From Minisyncoccota bacterium (lineage in GTDB: Bacteria > Patescibacteriota > Minisyncoccia > Phycocordibacterales > UBA2100), in NCBI GenBank assembly GCA_022842645.1, contig JALHPE010000002.1, positions 149,047 to 213,046 on the forward strand: 64,000 nt of DNA, given 5' to 3'. The notes under the pieces were generated by a model, which saw only the letters and a list, made by a program, of their open reading frames with translations, did not search any database and was not told the origin of the DNA. This document shows, one piece after another, positions 8,414 to 16,781 of the stretch (the stretch's first letter is position 1; the number at the start of each line of letters is the position of its first letter). The position numbers and the translations under genes were made by a program.

Positions 8414-9401
8414 GCGATACCCAAAAATCCATATACAGAGCAAGAACGAGCTGGCAAAGCATATAGACAGCGCACGTCTCCCATATGAGAAAGCCCTGTC
8501 GCTCATAAACGATGTGCAAACTAACTTTGATACTTACTGGAAAGACCACCCTACGCAGTCCAAACCAGATAAACGTAAATGGGTACGAAATGCCGCAGGC
8601 ACACCTCTCGCACGGCTTCTTGATTTGATAAACGCAAAAGTTCTCACCCCCGCCGATCTGCTATTGCCAAGTTTCATCTTTGGCGGGATTGGCGGTTTGA
8701 ACCATAAAGCTGCCGTATTACATCTGCTCGGCAATAAGCGAAAACGGATTTTACTCAAACTAGATATAACGAGGTTTTTTGAGCAGATACGCCACGAGCG
8801 GGTCTATCACTTTTTCCGCGATAAGTGCAAATGCAGTGATAAGGGCGCAAAGATACTTGCTGACCTTTGCTGTGTCCGCCACGGCCCGAAGGAAAAACCG
8901 GACGCATATAAAACGATTGCTCGCGGCTTCGCCACTTCGTCGCGCCTTGCTGTCTGGTGCAATGTAGACACCTTCCTGCGCCTTGAGCGGCTTGTGCAAA
9001 AAGAATTGCGAGGCAAAGACCCCCGCATCGCCGTTTATGTAGACGACATCGGCATTACCGCAAGTAGGGCGTCGAAGGAGGATATGTTGCGGCTATATGT
9101 AAAAATAAAAACACTTTTGGAACAGGACAAGAATCAACCACTACCTCTAAACGACGACAAGACAAAAGTGATCTTCCATAGTGGCGAAACTTATGACAAA
9201 GACGGAAATTATCTTGGTAAATGGGCGTTTGAACATTTGGGCTTGCAGATGAATCGCAACTCCGTAACTATCGGTTCAAAAACGAGGGGAAAACTGGATA
9301 GAGCAACAAGCGAATTAGAAAAAAGTGATAAGAAAGACCAAACAACCAAACGACGCAGAGGAGCGTTCTTGAATTACAAACGGTATATCGAGGCAGAATA
9401 A
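8403..9401 (+). CDS. retron-like reverse transcriptase (332 aa)
   Basis: LKLDITRFFEQI (RT3), IARGFATSSRLA (divergent RT4), YVDD (RT5), LNDDKTK (RT6), EHLGL (RT7), and AAVLH at the retron NAxxH position. Confidence 0.92.
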   Translation: MRRRRYPKIHIQSKNELAKHIDSARLPYEKALSLINDVQTNFDTYWKDHPTQSKPDKRKWVRNAAGTPLARLLDLINAKVLTPADLLLPSFIFGGIGGLNHKAAVLHLLGNKRKRILLKLDITRFFEQIRHERVYHFFRDKCKCSDKGAKILADLCCVRHGPKEKPDAYKTIARGFATSSRLAVWCNVDTFLRLERLVQKELRGKDPRIAVYVDDIGITASRASKEDMLRLYVKIKTLLEQDKNQPLPLNDDKTKVIFHSGETYDKDGNYLGKWAFEHLGLQMNRNSVTIGSKTRGKLDRATSELEKSDKKDQTTKRRRGAFLNYKRYIEAE

Positions 9402-9409
9402 TTGCGCGA

Positions 9410-9649
9410 TTATACCGTTATTCTCTCGTAAATCATTTTTGAACCCTCCGACTGTCTAGGGAAATTGCCTTTTTCATCTGTGAACGACAGTTCTTTAGCT
9501 GGATGATTTGCTTTTTTCGGGAAAAGCGACAAAATATTTTTGATATCTGTGAATGGTGGTACTTCCAACTTTTCTCCCGCAACTTCTGAGGTATGAGCAC
9601 CTGATGAGAGCGACCCTGTGTTTGGATTTTCCTTCACAAGATTTCCCAT
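9410..9649 (-). CDS. hypothetical protein or gene remnant convergent with the RT
   Basis: 79-aa ORF ending 8 bp from the RT stop; no recognisable motif. Confidence 0.3.
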   Translation of the reverse strand: MGNLVKENPNTGSLSSGAHTSEVAGEKLEVPPFTDIKNILSLFPKKANHPAKELSFTDEKGNFPRQSEGSKMIYERITV

Positions 9650-9842
9650 CGCCTCGGCAGCTATTTGCCGATAAGTACAAACTGCAATTAGGTGTTCGGC
9701 AGTAGTTCATTCGTGATATTTCTCAAGGTCTTCGATTAACTCTTCCGTGAGATTCCACAAAGTATCCCATTTTTGGGAACCTTCTGAATAATCGATTCGC
9801 GGCGCGGCCGCCTCGGCCTTTCGGCCGGAGAAGTATTACTTA

Positions 9843-9861
9843 GTGACTCTAGCGGGAATCG
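9843..9861 (-). repeat. direct duplication of the tRNA-Glu 3' end (att-like)
   Basis: GTGACTCTAGCGGGAATCG matches the sequence beginning at 10019. Confidence 0.75.
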
Positions 9862-10019
9862 GCCAAGAGCTCGTTTTGATTCCGTCGAATCAAAACTCCT
9901 CTCGGCCCTGCTCGCGCGACCCGTTCTACTAAACGGGTGCCCGCGCTCCCTTTCGATTCCCGCTAGAGGTCTACAAAAATATAGTTGGCCGACACGATGT
10001 GTCGTCCTCGTTATTTTTG

Positions 10020-10091
10020 TGACTCTAGCGGGAATCGAACCCGCCTTCCATCCTTGAGAAGGATGTGTCCTAGCCGATAGACGATAGAGCC
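10020..10091 (-). tRNA. tRNA-Glu (CTC)
   Basis: GGCTCTATCGTCTATCGGCTAGGACACATCC-TTCTCAA-GGATGGAAGGCGGGTTCGATTCCCGCTAGAGTCA cloverleaf; CCA not encoded. Confidence 0.95.
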
Positions 10092-10193
10092 GTAAGGTAA
10101 CGCCACTCAAAAGTAGCAAACATTGACCATGTAGACAAGGTATTGCGTGCGCCTGAGACGGGTGCATACTGACTGCGGGAGAAAGGAGGAAAC

Positions 10194-10361
10194 ATGGAAG
10201 AAATCGTCAACACCCCCGCCCGAAGCTCGTTGTATGAAAAATACATCGAGGAGCTTCGATGCTTCATCTGCGCATACCGCGAAAAAGATCAGGCAGGACT
10301 CGTTCATTGGGCTTCTCAAATACGAATGAGTCGCTGGGCTTTGCGCACACTGCCCGGATGA
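10194..10361 (+). CDS. small hypothetical protein (55 aa)
   Basis: Strong SD AAAGGAGG, then MEEIVNTPARSSLYEKYIEELRCFICAYREK...; promoter-like TTGCGT...CATACT upstream. Confidence 0.5.
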   Translation: MEEIVNTPARSSLYEKYIEELRCFICAYREKDQAGLVHWASQIRMSRWALRTLPG

Positions 10362-10417
10362 AGTTGAGCGAATTACAGAACATCTGTGGCGGCCGGGAAA
10401 CCTCGGCCGCTTTTTCC

Positions 10418-11716
10418 TTATCGCATGCGCCAATCCTTATCCATACGCACGAGAAGTTCTCCGGCGCGTTCGGGTTCCGCCATAATTTCAAAGACTGTCT
10501 TTTCCATGCGTATTCCCTGCGAACCTTTGACTAATACCACCACCCCCTCTTTTAATTCTGGCTCGAGTTCCTTTCCTGCGCGAGCAGATTCGTAGTGTTC
10601 ATACGAGCGGATATGTGTTTCAGGCATTCCGTTATTCAAGGCCACTTCCCCTATCGCTTTAGCGCGAAAGCCAACAGTCACAAGAAGATCAGTGGTTTTA
10701 CGAGCTACCTCACCCGCTTCTGTGTGTGCAATTTTAGAGAAACGGCCAAGCTCCAGCATATCGCCTAAAACAGCAATTCGTTTCTTTACGCCTTTGATTT
10801 CTTTGAGAGTTTCCAGTGCGGAGAGGGTCGCCGCGGGAGAGGCGTTGTAGGTATCGTCGATGATAATCGAGCCACGAATTCCCTCGAGGAGGCGCATGCG
10901 CCCCGGAGGCGGAGCAAAATGCGCAAGTGCCTCTCCCGCAGTTTCGAGTGCAATACTCGCGGCCTCAGCAACCGCGAGCGCGCAAAGAGCAGAATAAACA
11001 CGCGGTTTACCGAGTGCACCTGGAATACTTACAGAAATACGCGCATTCGAGTGCTCGCAATAAAAATGCATGCCGATCGGCTTCTTTTCTTCATATTGAA
11101 TACCTGCATCTCTCGCTACAAACGCATTCTGTCCTTCAAAGCCAAAGGTGACTGCAGAATCGGCAAACTCAGCATGGATTTTCTTTGTGTATTCGTCGTC
11201 CCCGTTGATGATGAGGAGTCCGTCAGGGCGCATATGTTCTGCAAGACGTCGCTTCTCCTGCGCGAGAGCGTGAGGAGAATCAAAGTATTCCACATGTACC
11301 GGAATACTTGGAATCGAGGTAATAACCACAATATGCGGGCGGAGCCACCGAGCGATGCGATTGATATCGCCTGGTCTGTCCGCTCCCACCTCAACTACAA
11401 GCCATGCCGGATAGGGATCATTTCCTAGTGCAGTAATGAGTCCCTGCACGAGGTTCACGACCCAGCGCCACGGCGAACCCCATCCGCTCTCAAGCCCGAG
11501 AATGGTGAGTGGTACGCCAAACTCAGAGTTATAGCTTTTTTCGCTTTTGCGCACTGAAAGCCCAGCATGAGAGAGCACGGCAAAAATCGCGTCTTTTGAC
11601 GATGTCTTCCCGGCATTCCCCGTGACAGCGATAATCTTCGGATTGCGACGTTTCAATACAAGCTTTGCTTCCCAGGTGAGGATGGCGACAACAATTGCTC
11701 TTAACACGCGATACAT
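10418..11716 (-). CDS. murF: UDP-N-acetylmuramoyl-tripeptide--D-alanyl-D-alanine ligase
   Basis: AVTGNAGKTSSK, SYNSEFGVPLT, IIDDTYNASP, VLGDMLELG, LVKGSQG. Confidence 0.9.
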   Translation of the reverse strand: MYRVLRAIVVAILTWEAKLVLKRRNPKIIAVTGNAGKTSSKDAIFAVLSHAGLSVRKSEKSYNSEFGVPLTILGLESGWGSPWRWVVNLVQGLITALGNDPYPAWLVVEVGADRPGDINRIARWLRPHIVVITSIPSIPVHVEYFDSPHALAQEKRRLAEHMRPDGLLIINGDDEYTKKIHAEFADSAVTFGFEGQNAFVARDAGIQYEEKKPIGMHFYCEHSNARISVSIPGALGKPRVYSALCALAVAEAASIALETAGEALAHFAPPPGRMRLLEGIRGSIIIDDTYNASPAATLSALETLKEIKGVKKRIAVLGDMLELGRFSKIAHTEAGEVARKTTDLLVTVGFRAKAIGEVALNNGMPETHIRSYEHYESARAGKELEPELKEGVVVLVKGSQGIRMEKTVFEIMAEPERAGELLVRMDKDWRMR

Positions 11717-11813
11717 AGGGTTGCTTACACATTGTACTTGAAATAGATATCTAGCACATACTTGCATCCTGTGTATTTCCCCTCTATATTCATAAGAGAA
11801 AGGAAGGTGTGCG

Positions 11814-12044
11814 ATGAAAATCAAAGATCTCCCGCTTGGTACAACTATCGTAACTATCGTTTACGTCGAAACTGAAAGCACGTTTATCGGCAAACTGGCA
11901 AACGCAAGCCTTATTGCCTTCGAGTTCAAATTGGGACTAAAAGTGAAAGTAGGCGACTGTGTCACAATCATCAAAAGAGAGGTGGATTACGTAGTATTGC
12001 CAATTACACTTTCCTTTTTGCCCAAGCGAGGAGCCTCTTCGTGA
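11814..12044 (+). CDS. small hypothetical protein
   Basis: SD AAGGAAGG; 76 aa; ends in a GAGCCTC..GAGGCTC-T-tract terminator. Confidence 0.55.
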   Translation: MKIKDLPLGTTIVTIVYVETESTFIGKLANASLIAFEFKLGLKVKVGDCVTIIKREVDYVVLPITLSFLPKRGASS

Positions 12045-12060
12045 GGCTCTTTTTTTGCAC

Positions 12061-13776
12061 TCACCGATCGGGGGGAATTTCGTAATAGTTGATCAAAAAC
12101 TTTGCAAGATCGCTAAACGGACGCGCGAGCGTGCGTGAGGCGTACTGCTCACCGCGCGGTTCGATCGCATAGAGAAGCACGATGAAGCGCGGTTCGTGCG
12201 CCGGGAAATAACCAAAAAATGAGTGGAGCCAGCGATCGGTGTAGTAGCCGCCTCCGCCCGGGATCGCAATCTGCGCCGTACCAGTTTTTGCAGCGATAGA
12301 ATGATGTTCCTGCTTGAGCACGCCTTCAAGAAGTGCCTTGTCGTACACAGTAACAAGCATGTTTGTCACTGTTTCTGCCGTTTCGGGCTTAAGCACACGC
12401 ACACCATCGGCAACAGGAATCCTTCGCTCAATACCCGCTTCGGTGCGAATCGCAGTTGCTACATGCGGTTCGGGCATGACACCATCATTTGCCAAAGCGG
12501 CGAGTGCGCGAATCATTGCAATCGGCGTGATTGCGATCGATTGACCAAATGATGCTGAAGCAAAATCCACATCCGCCGCGCCTTGGACGAAGAGTGAATC
12601 AATCGCGCCAGCGATTTCGCCTGGAAGATCAATACCTGTCTCTTCCCCGAGCCCAAAACGCTTCATGTAATCAGCAAAAGCTGCGTTCCCCATTTTGTCG
12701 ACTGCAAACGAGACGCCCGTGTTGAGAGATTGGGAAAGCACTTCTTGCATCGGCACCACACCACGAGCCTTGAAATCGAAATTGCACAGTTTGTAACCCG
12801 TCTTTGTGATACAGCCCCGATCTTCGTATGTAGTTTGTGGCGTAATTGCACCCGCATCGATCGCCGCCGCAATGGTGAGAGGCTTTACAATAGAACCCAT
12901 TTCATAACGCCGCTCAACAAGGGGGTTGGTGAAAATGCTGACATCCTCCACTAAATTAAAAGTGTTGGGGTCAAAACTTGGCGCGAGTGCAAGCGCAAAA
13001 ATTTCACCGCTTTTTGGATCCATCACAATCCCACCTGCTTGTCGTGGGCTGTACCCCTCCATGACTTTTGCGATCGTGTTTTCAAGCTCGCGTTGCGCAA
13101 TCGGCTCAAGTGACGTAATAATGCTTCCCTCCTGTTCAGAAGGGTCAGCAACAAGCGCGCCGAGATTAGAAAAAATCTCTGCAAATGGATTCACGTAAAG
13201 TCCACTCCCTTCGTGGCGAAGTACATCTTCCCAATACCGCTCGAGGCCATAGGCACCTTCTTTGCGCGCACCGCGATAACTTACAAAACCGATCGTGTGC
13301 GCGGCGAGTGTTTCCCCGGGGTAAAAGCGCCATTCATCACGAACGGTAAAAATGCCAGGGATGTCTGCCTTCCGTACTGCGAGCGCTTGCTCATTATTTA
13401 AACGAAACACAGTGTCTTCGTAAGGATCCTCTTTTTTTGCGGCACTGGCTCTAAAACGAGTCTCATCAACCGGTACGATTGCGGAGAGTCGTAGAAGGGC
13501 ATCATCGGGATTCTCAAGTGCTCGCGGATCCATTGCGACACGCCAGCCCTTCTGCATGAGTGCCGCTGCCACGCGCTCACCATCCTTCTTTTTAAAGAAA
13601 ATCTCACCGCGCGGCGCATCATCCGTCACCGCCTCCATATACTGCCCCTCTGCTTTTCGGGCATATTCATCTCCTTTTATGATCTGGAGCTGGTAGAGAC
13701 GCCCCACAAGCACGATGGCGACAAACACCATCCCGATTGAAAGTAAGCGCACGCGAAGTACAAGCCGTCCACGCAT
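12061..13776 (-). CDS. ftsI: class B penicillin-binding protein (FtsI-like)
   Basis: GSIVK (SxxK), SLN (SxN) and KTGTAQ motifs; downstream of mraZ-rsmH. Confidence 0.85.
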   Translation of the reverse strand: MRGRLVLRVRLLSIGMVFVAIVLVGRLYQLQIIKGDEYARKAEGQYMEAVTDDAPRGEIFFKKKDGERVAAALMQKGWRVAMDPRALENPDDALLRLSAIVPVDETRFRASAAKKEDPYEDTVFRLNNEQALAVRKADIPGIFTVRDEWRFYPGETLAAHTIGFVSYRGARKEGAYGLERYWEDVLRHEGSGLYVNPFAEIFSNLGALVADPSEQEGSIITSLEPIAQRELENTIAKVMEGYSPRQAGGIVMDPKSGEIFALALAPSFDPNTFNLVEDVSIFTNPLVERRYEMGSIVKPLTIAAAIDAGAITPQTTYEDRGCITKTGYKLCNFDFKARGVVPMQEVLSQSLNTGVSFAVDKMGNAAFADYMKRFGLGEETGIDLPGEIAGAIDSLFVQGAADVDFASASFGQSIAITPIAMIRALAALANDGVMPEPHVATAIRTEAGIERRIPVADGVRVLKPETAETVTNMLVTVYDKALLEGVLKQEHHSIAAKTGTAQIAIPGGGGYYTDRWLHSFFGYFPAHEPRFIVLLYAIEPRGEQYASRTLARPFSDLAKFLINYYEIPPDR

Positions 13777-13796
13777 GGCCACAGTATACGCGAACC

Positions 13797-14129
13797 TTAC
13801 AGGTCGTTTCGAGATTCCGCAGCGCCGAGAGCGCCCGGCATACGTACAAAACTACGGTCGTCAACAGGCACAAGCCCGAGACTCACGGCACGATCTTCAC
13901 CAATACCCTTCGAAAGTTCAAAATATTCCTGCTCCAGAAGACCAAGCTCGCTGCGCAAACTCTCACTCTCTGCCACTGCTTCGCGATAAGCAATGACATT
14001 CATAATGGAAAAAGAAACAAACCCCACATAGGCAAATATACAAACACCGAGCGCAATACCAAGGAAATGCAGTGCGTGTTCCTCGCCTCGAAAAGCGTGT
14101 ACTCGTATGGAAAAATTAAGTGGTTGCAT
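13797..14129 (-). CDS. FtsL-like single-TM coiled-coil protein
   Basis: TM plus coiled coil plus A-SLGL tail; syntenic position between rsmH and the PBP. Confidence 0.6.
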   Translation of the reverse strand: MQPLNFSIRVHAFRGEEHALHFLGIALGVCIFAYVGFVSFSIMNVIAYREAVAESESLRSELGLLEQEYFELSKGIGEDRAVSLGLVPVDDRSFVRMPGALGAAESRNDL

Positions 14130-14134
14130 GGTGG

Positions 14135-15103
14135 TTAGTGTTTCTGAATAATCCGAAGTTTTGCACTTCGCGCACGAGGATTCATTCGCAGCTCTTCTCG
14201 AGACGGTTTCAAGGGTTTTTTCGGGGTGAGTACTCCTCCCTCTGCTTCAAATTCCCGAAAGAGTCTCTTCACTTCTCGATCCTCAACAGAGTGAAAGGTT
14301 ATGACTGCCAGTCGCCCTTCTTTACGCAGGAGCCCCCAGGCCGCACTGATACCCTCCTTCAGCGCCCCCATTTCGTCGTTAACTGCGATCCGAAGTGCCT
14401 GAAAGGTTTTCGTTGCCGGATGCATCCGCCGGCTGGCGGAGCCCTTGCGATACCATACTGGCACCGAAGAACGAATCACCTCAGCAAGTTCGCGAGCCGT
14501 TTCTATAGGCTTTTCACGTCTTGCCTCGACAATGCCGCGCGCGATGCGTCGCGCATGCGCTTCCTCTCCCCATCCGTCGAACACGTTTACTAACGATTCT
14601 TCTTCCCACGTGTTCACAATCTCGCGCGCGGTGAGTACGTTCTCTCCGGGCTCGCCATACGTCATAAGAAGTGGCTCGTCGGCGAGAAAAGAAAATCCCT
14701 TCCCTTCCGCGAGTTGAAATCCGCTCCAGCCAAGGTCGAATAGCGCCTTATCCAATGCGGATATTTCGGCATCCTGCACAATTGAGGCAAGATTTCGAAA
14801 ATTTCCATGACGAAGAATTACGCGAGGAGACACACCCTTGAGTGCCACCTCGGCTCGTGCGAGTGCCGCGTTATCTGCATCAATTCCAAGAAAGATTCCC
14901 TGCTTTCCCAGTCTTTCACACATAAGGCGAGCATGCCCAGCACCACCGAGAGTCGCATCGAGGACGGTATCCGTCTCACGAATCTCCAGCCCTGTCAGAA
15001 TCTCATTTGAAAGAACACTGATGTGACTCGCTTCCCGTTGAACCACATCGCGATGCCGAAACGGCATCGGGTAGCTAGAGGATGAAAGACGTCGCGTGCG
15101 CAT
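14135..15103 (-). CDS. rsmH: 16S rRNA m4C1402 methyltransferase
   Basis: HISVL, DATLGGAGH, HPATKTFQALRIAVNDE, NPRARSAKLR; start uncertain. Confidence 0.95.
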   Translation of the reverse strand: MRTRRLSSSSYPMPFRHRDVVQREASHISVLSNEILTGLEIRETDTVLDATLGGAGHARLMCERLGKQGIFLGIDADNAALARAEVALKGVSPRVILRHGNFRNLASIVQDAEISALDKALFDLGWSGFQLAEGKGFSFLADEPLLMTYGEPGENVLTAREIVNTWEEESLVNVFDGWGEEAHARRIARGIVEARREKPIETARELAEVIRSSVPVWYRKGSASRRMHPATKTFQALRIAVNDEMGALKEGISAAWGLLRKEGRLAVITFHSVEDREVKRLFREFEAEGGVLTPKKPLKPSREELRMNPRARSAKLRIIQKH

Positions 15104-15138
15104 GACGATGATATCCCCTAGCAACCCGGTGCCACTGC

Positions 15139-15220
15139 GTTTGTAGACTGTAGTCTGTAGATTGTAGTTGAATGCATACGATTCCCGTCTTTAACTACAA
15201 ACTACTTTCTACAAACTACA
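15139..15220. repeat. heptamer-based inverted repeat element, copy 1
   Basis: (TGTAGxx)n arm facing an (CTACAAA/CTACTTT)n arm; 15194-15220 is identical to 63157-63183. Confidence 0.75.
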
Positions 15221-15226
15221 CACTGC

Positions 15227-15661
15227 TCATAAAGCGCCCACTTCCCCCAGTTTCTCGGCCAAGGCATCTGCTTTCTTTTCGATTGCCGCCTTGTACTCGT
15301 TCCAGCGCTTTGCGTCCCACACCTCGACCCGGTCCGAGACTCCTGCAAAGATCAGAGTTTTTGAAAGACCCGCAAATGCTCTCTGATGTTCTGGAATAAG
15401 AACGCGTCCTGCAGAATCCACTTCAACTTCCGCTGCTCCTGAAAGGATGAAGCGATTGAAGCCGCGTGTGTCTGCCTGTGCGAAAGAAAGTTCTTGCAAT
15501 TTTGCTGCCACTTTCTCCCAGCTCGAACGTGAATAGACGAACAAACAATTATCCAAGCCTCGCGTCATGACCACCTTCCTCCCGAGACCCGTACGGAATT
15601 GCCTCGGGAGAGAGACGCGGCTTTTTTCATCAAGAGTATGTTCGTATTCTCCGATAAACAT
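15227..15661 (-). CDS. mraZ: transcriptional repressor MraZ
   Basis: MFIGEYEHTLDEKSRVSLP, D-AGRVLIP, GVSDRVEVWD. Confidence 0.95.
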   Translation of the reverse strand: MFIGEYEHTLDEKSRVSLPRQFRTGLGRKVVMTRGLDNCLFVYSRSSWEKVAAKLQELSFAQADTRGFNRFILSGAAEVEVDSAGRVLIPEHQRAFAGLSKTLIFAGVSDRVEVWDAKRWNEYKAAIEKKADALAEKLGEVGAL

Positions 15662-15703
15662 GGCTAAATTTTTTGGGAGGATGGAACGTGCGCGCAACCG
15701 CAT

Positions 15704-15750
15704 TTCCCACTTTCTCCCACTAGATTAGAGTATATTCCACTATATCCCAC
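15704..15750 (-). promoter_or_regulatory. MraZ-binding direct repeats
   Basis: GTGG(G) repeats in 10-bp phase (CCAC ending at 15710, 15720, 15740 and 15750 on +) upstream of mraZ. Confidence 0.75.
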
Positions 15751-15893
15751 GCTGCCTCACTTATCCACAAAAAATACCATTCAAAAGCGTCATGAAATAA
15801 TAAGAGGCGCCCGTCAAATGCATTACAACGACGAACGTTTAGGATTACTGCAGGAGCTCCGCACTGGGCGGAGTGACTGGTGAAGGAGGCACT

Positions 15894-16250
15894 ATGACGT
15901 ACGTCCAAAACCCTGGACCACGAGTATGGTTCTATACCGTGCCCTGGTTCGTATCCCTCATGATCTGCGCCGCACCTGCGGGCATGTCTGCACTTGCTTT
16001 ACTTGGTGTCACATTTTCTGATTGGGCATGGAGTGCTCATGTTCTGATAGGCATCGGCATTCTCTTGCTATGCGGCTTGTTTTCGTTGCACATCAGATAT
16101 CCATTTAAAGCGATTGGCTTTTTTATGGGCGCGGGCACGCTTTGGTATATCTGGCACATTCCAGAAATTGAACCCCTTGCATATGCGATGAGCACGCTCA
16201 TTTCATTCATGGGCGCGTTGGTGTGCCACGGCCTTGGGCAGGACGATTAG
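15894..16250 (+). CDS. hypothetical multi-pass membrane protein
   Basis: SD GAAGGAGG; about four hydrophobic segments. Confidence 0.65.
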   Translation: MTYVQNPGPRVWFYTVPWFVSLMICAAPAGMSALALLGVTFSDWAWSAHVLIGIGILLLCGLFSLHIRYPFKAIGFFMGAGTLWYIWHIPEIEPLAYAMSTLISFMGALVCHGLGQDD

Positions 16251-16258
16251 TAGTAAAA

Positions 16259-16290
16259 GCGGCCGCCCTCCGGGCGGCCGCGTCTTTTTT
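16259..16290. terminator. intrinsic (probably bidirectional) terminator
   Basis: GCGGCCGCCC-TCC-GGGCGGCCGC flanked by A and T tracts between convergent genes. Confidence 0.75.
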
Positions 16291-16292
16291 GA

Positions 16293-16718
16293 TCAAAGAT
16301 CACTTTCTCCTGGACAAGCATTTCCTCCGTCTCTAGTCAGCGTAAAATTTCCCCCGTACAACTCCTCACCTTGCACACGCACGATAGTAAGCAGTATTGT
16401 TTCGCGCGCATCGATGTCTTTAGTGATTTCCTCGAATCGACGCAACGTCATGTTGTGTATAGGAACAGCATTGATACCAACAATCCTATCCCCAGCTCTA
16501 ATACCCTGTTTGTAGGGCGAGCTCCCGCAGAGCACAGAGATAATGATCACCTTCCCAATGAATATCTGCGCCGGGTCTACGTTTTCACAAGACTCCTTAT
16601 CGTTGCATACGAAATGCTCTTCGTAGCTGAATTGGAAGCCGAAGCTTGGTTTCGTGCTTTCTGCAGACGCCACTACTACCATCCCGAAAAGGAAGATCAG
16701 TGCGAAAAGTCGAGCCAT
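16293..16718 (-). CDS. secreted PDZ-domain protein
   Basis: Signal peptide; FGF, V..GSSPYKQGIRAGDRIVGIN PDZ pattern; SD AGGAGG. Confidence 0.7.
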   Translation of the reverse strand: MARLFALIFLFGMVVVASAESTKPSFGFQFSYEEHFVCNDKESCENVDPAQIFIGKVIIISVLCGSSPYKQGIRAGDRIVGINAVPIHNMTLRRFEEITKDIDARETILLTIVRVQGEELYGGNFTLTRDGGNACPGESDL

Positions 16719-16781
16719 GAGAACACCTCCTATTTTTACTCAACTACCCCCATCTAATCACCACGTATCGCTACGGGCAAG

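Noticed and set aside
8403-9401. RT as a group II intron, DGR or CRISPR-associated RT
   Set aside because: No maturase or endonuclease extension and no intron domain V/VI seen downstream; no TR/VR repeat pair or Avd-like gene; no cas genes or array in the window.
9650-9790. In-frame TGA upstream of the 79-aa ORF as evidence of UGA recoding
   Set aside because: Many clear genes here end in TGA and none need readthrough; more likely a remnant or chance.
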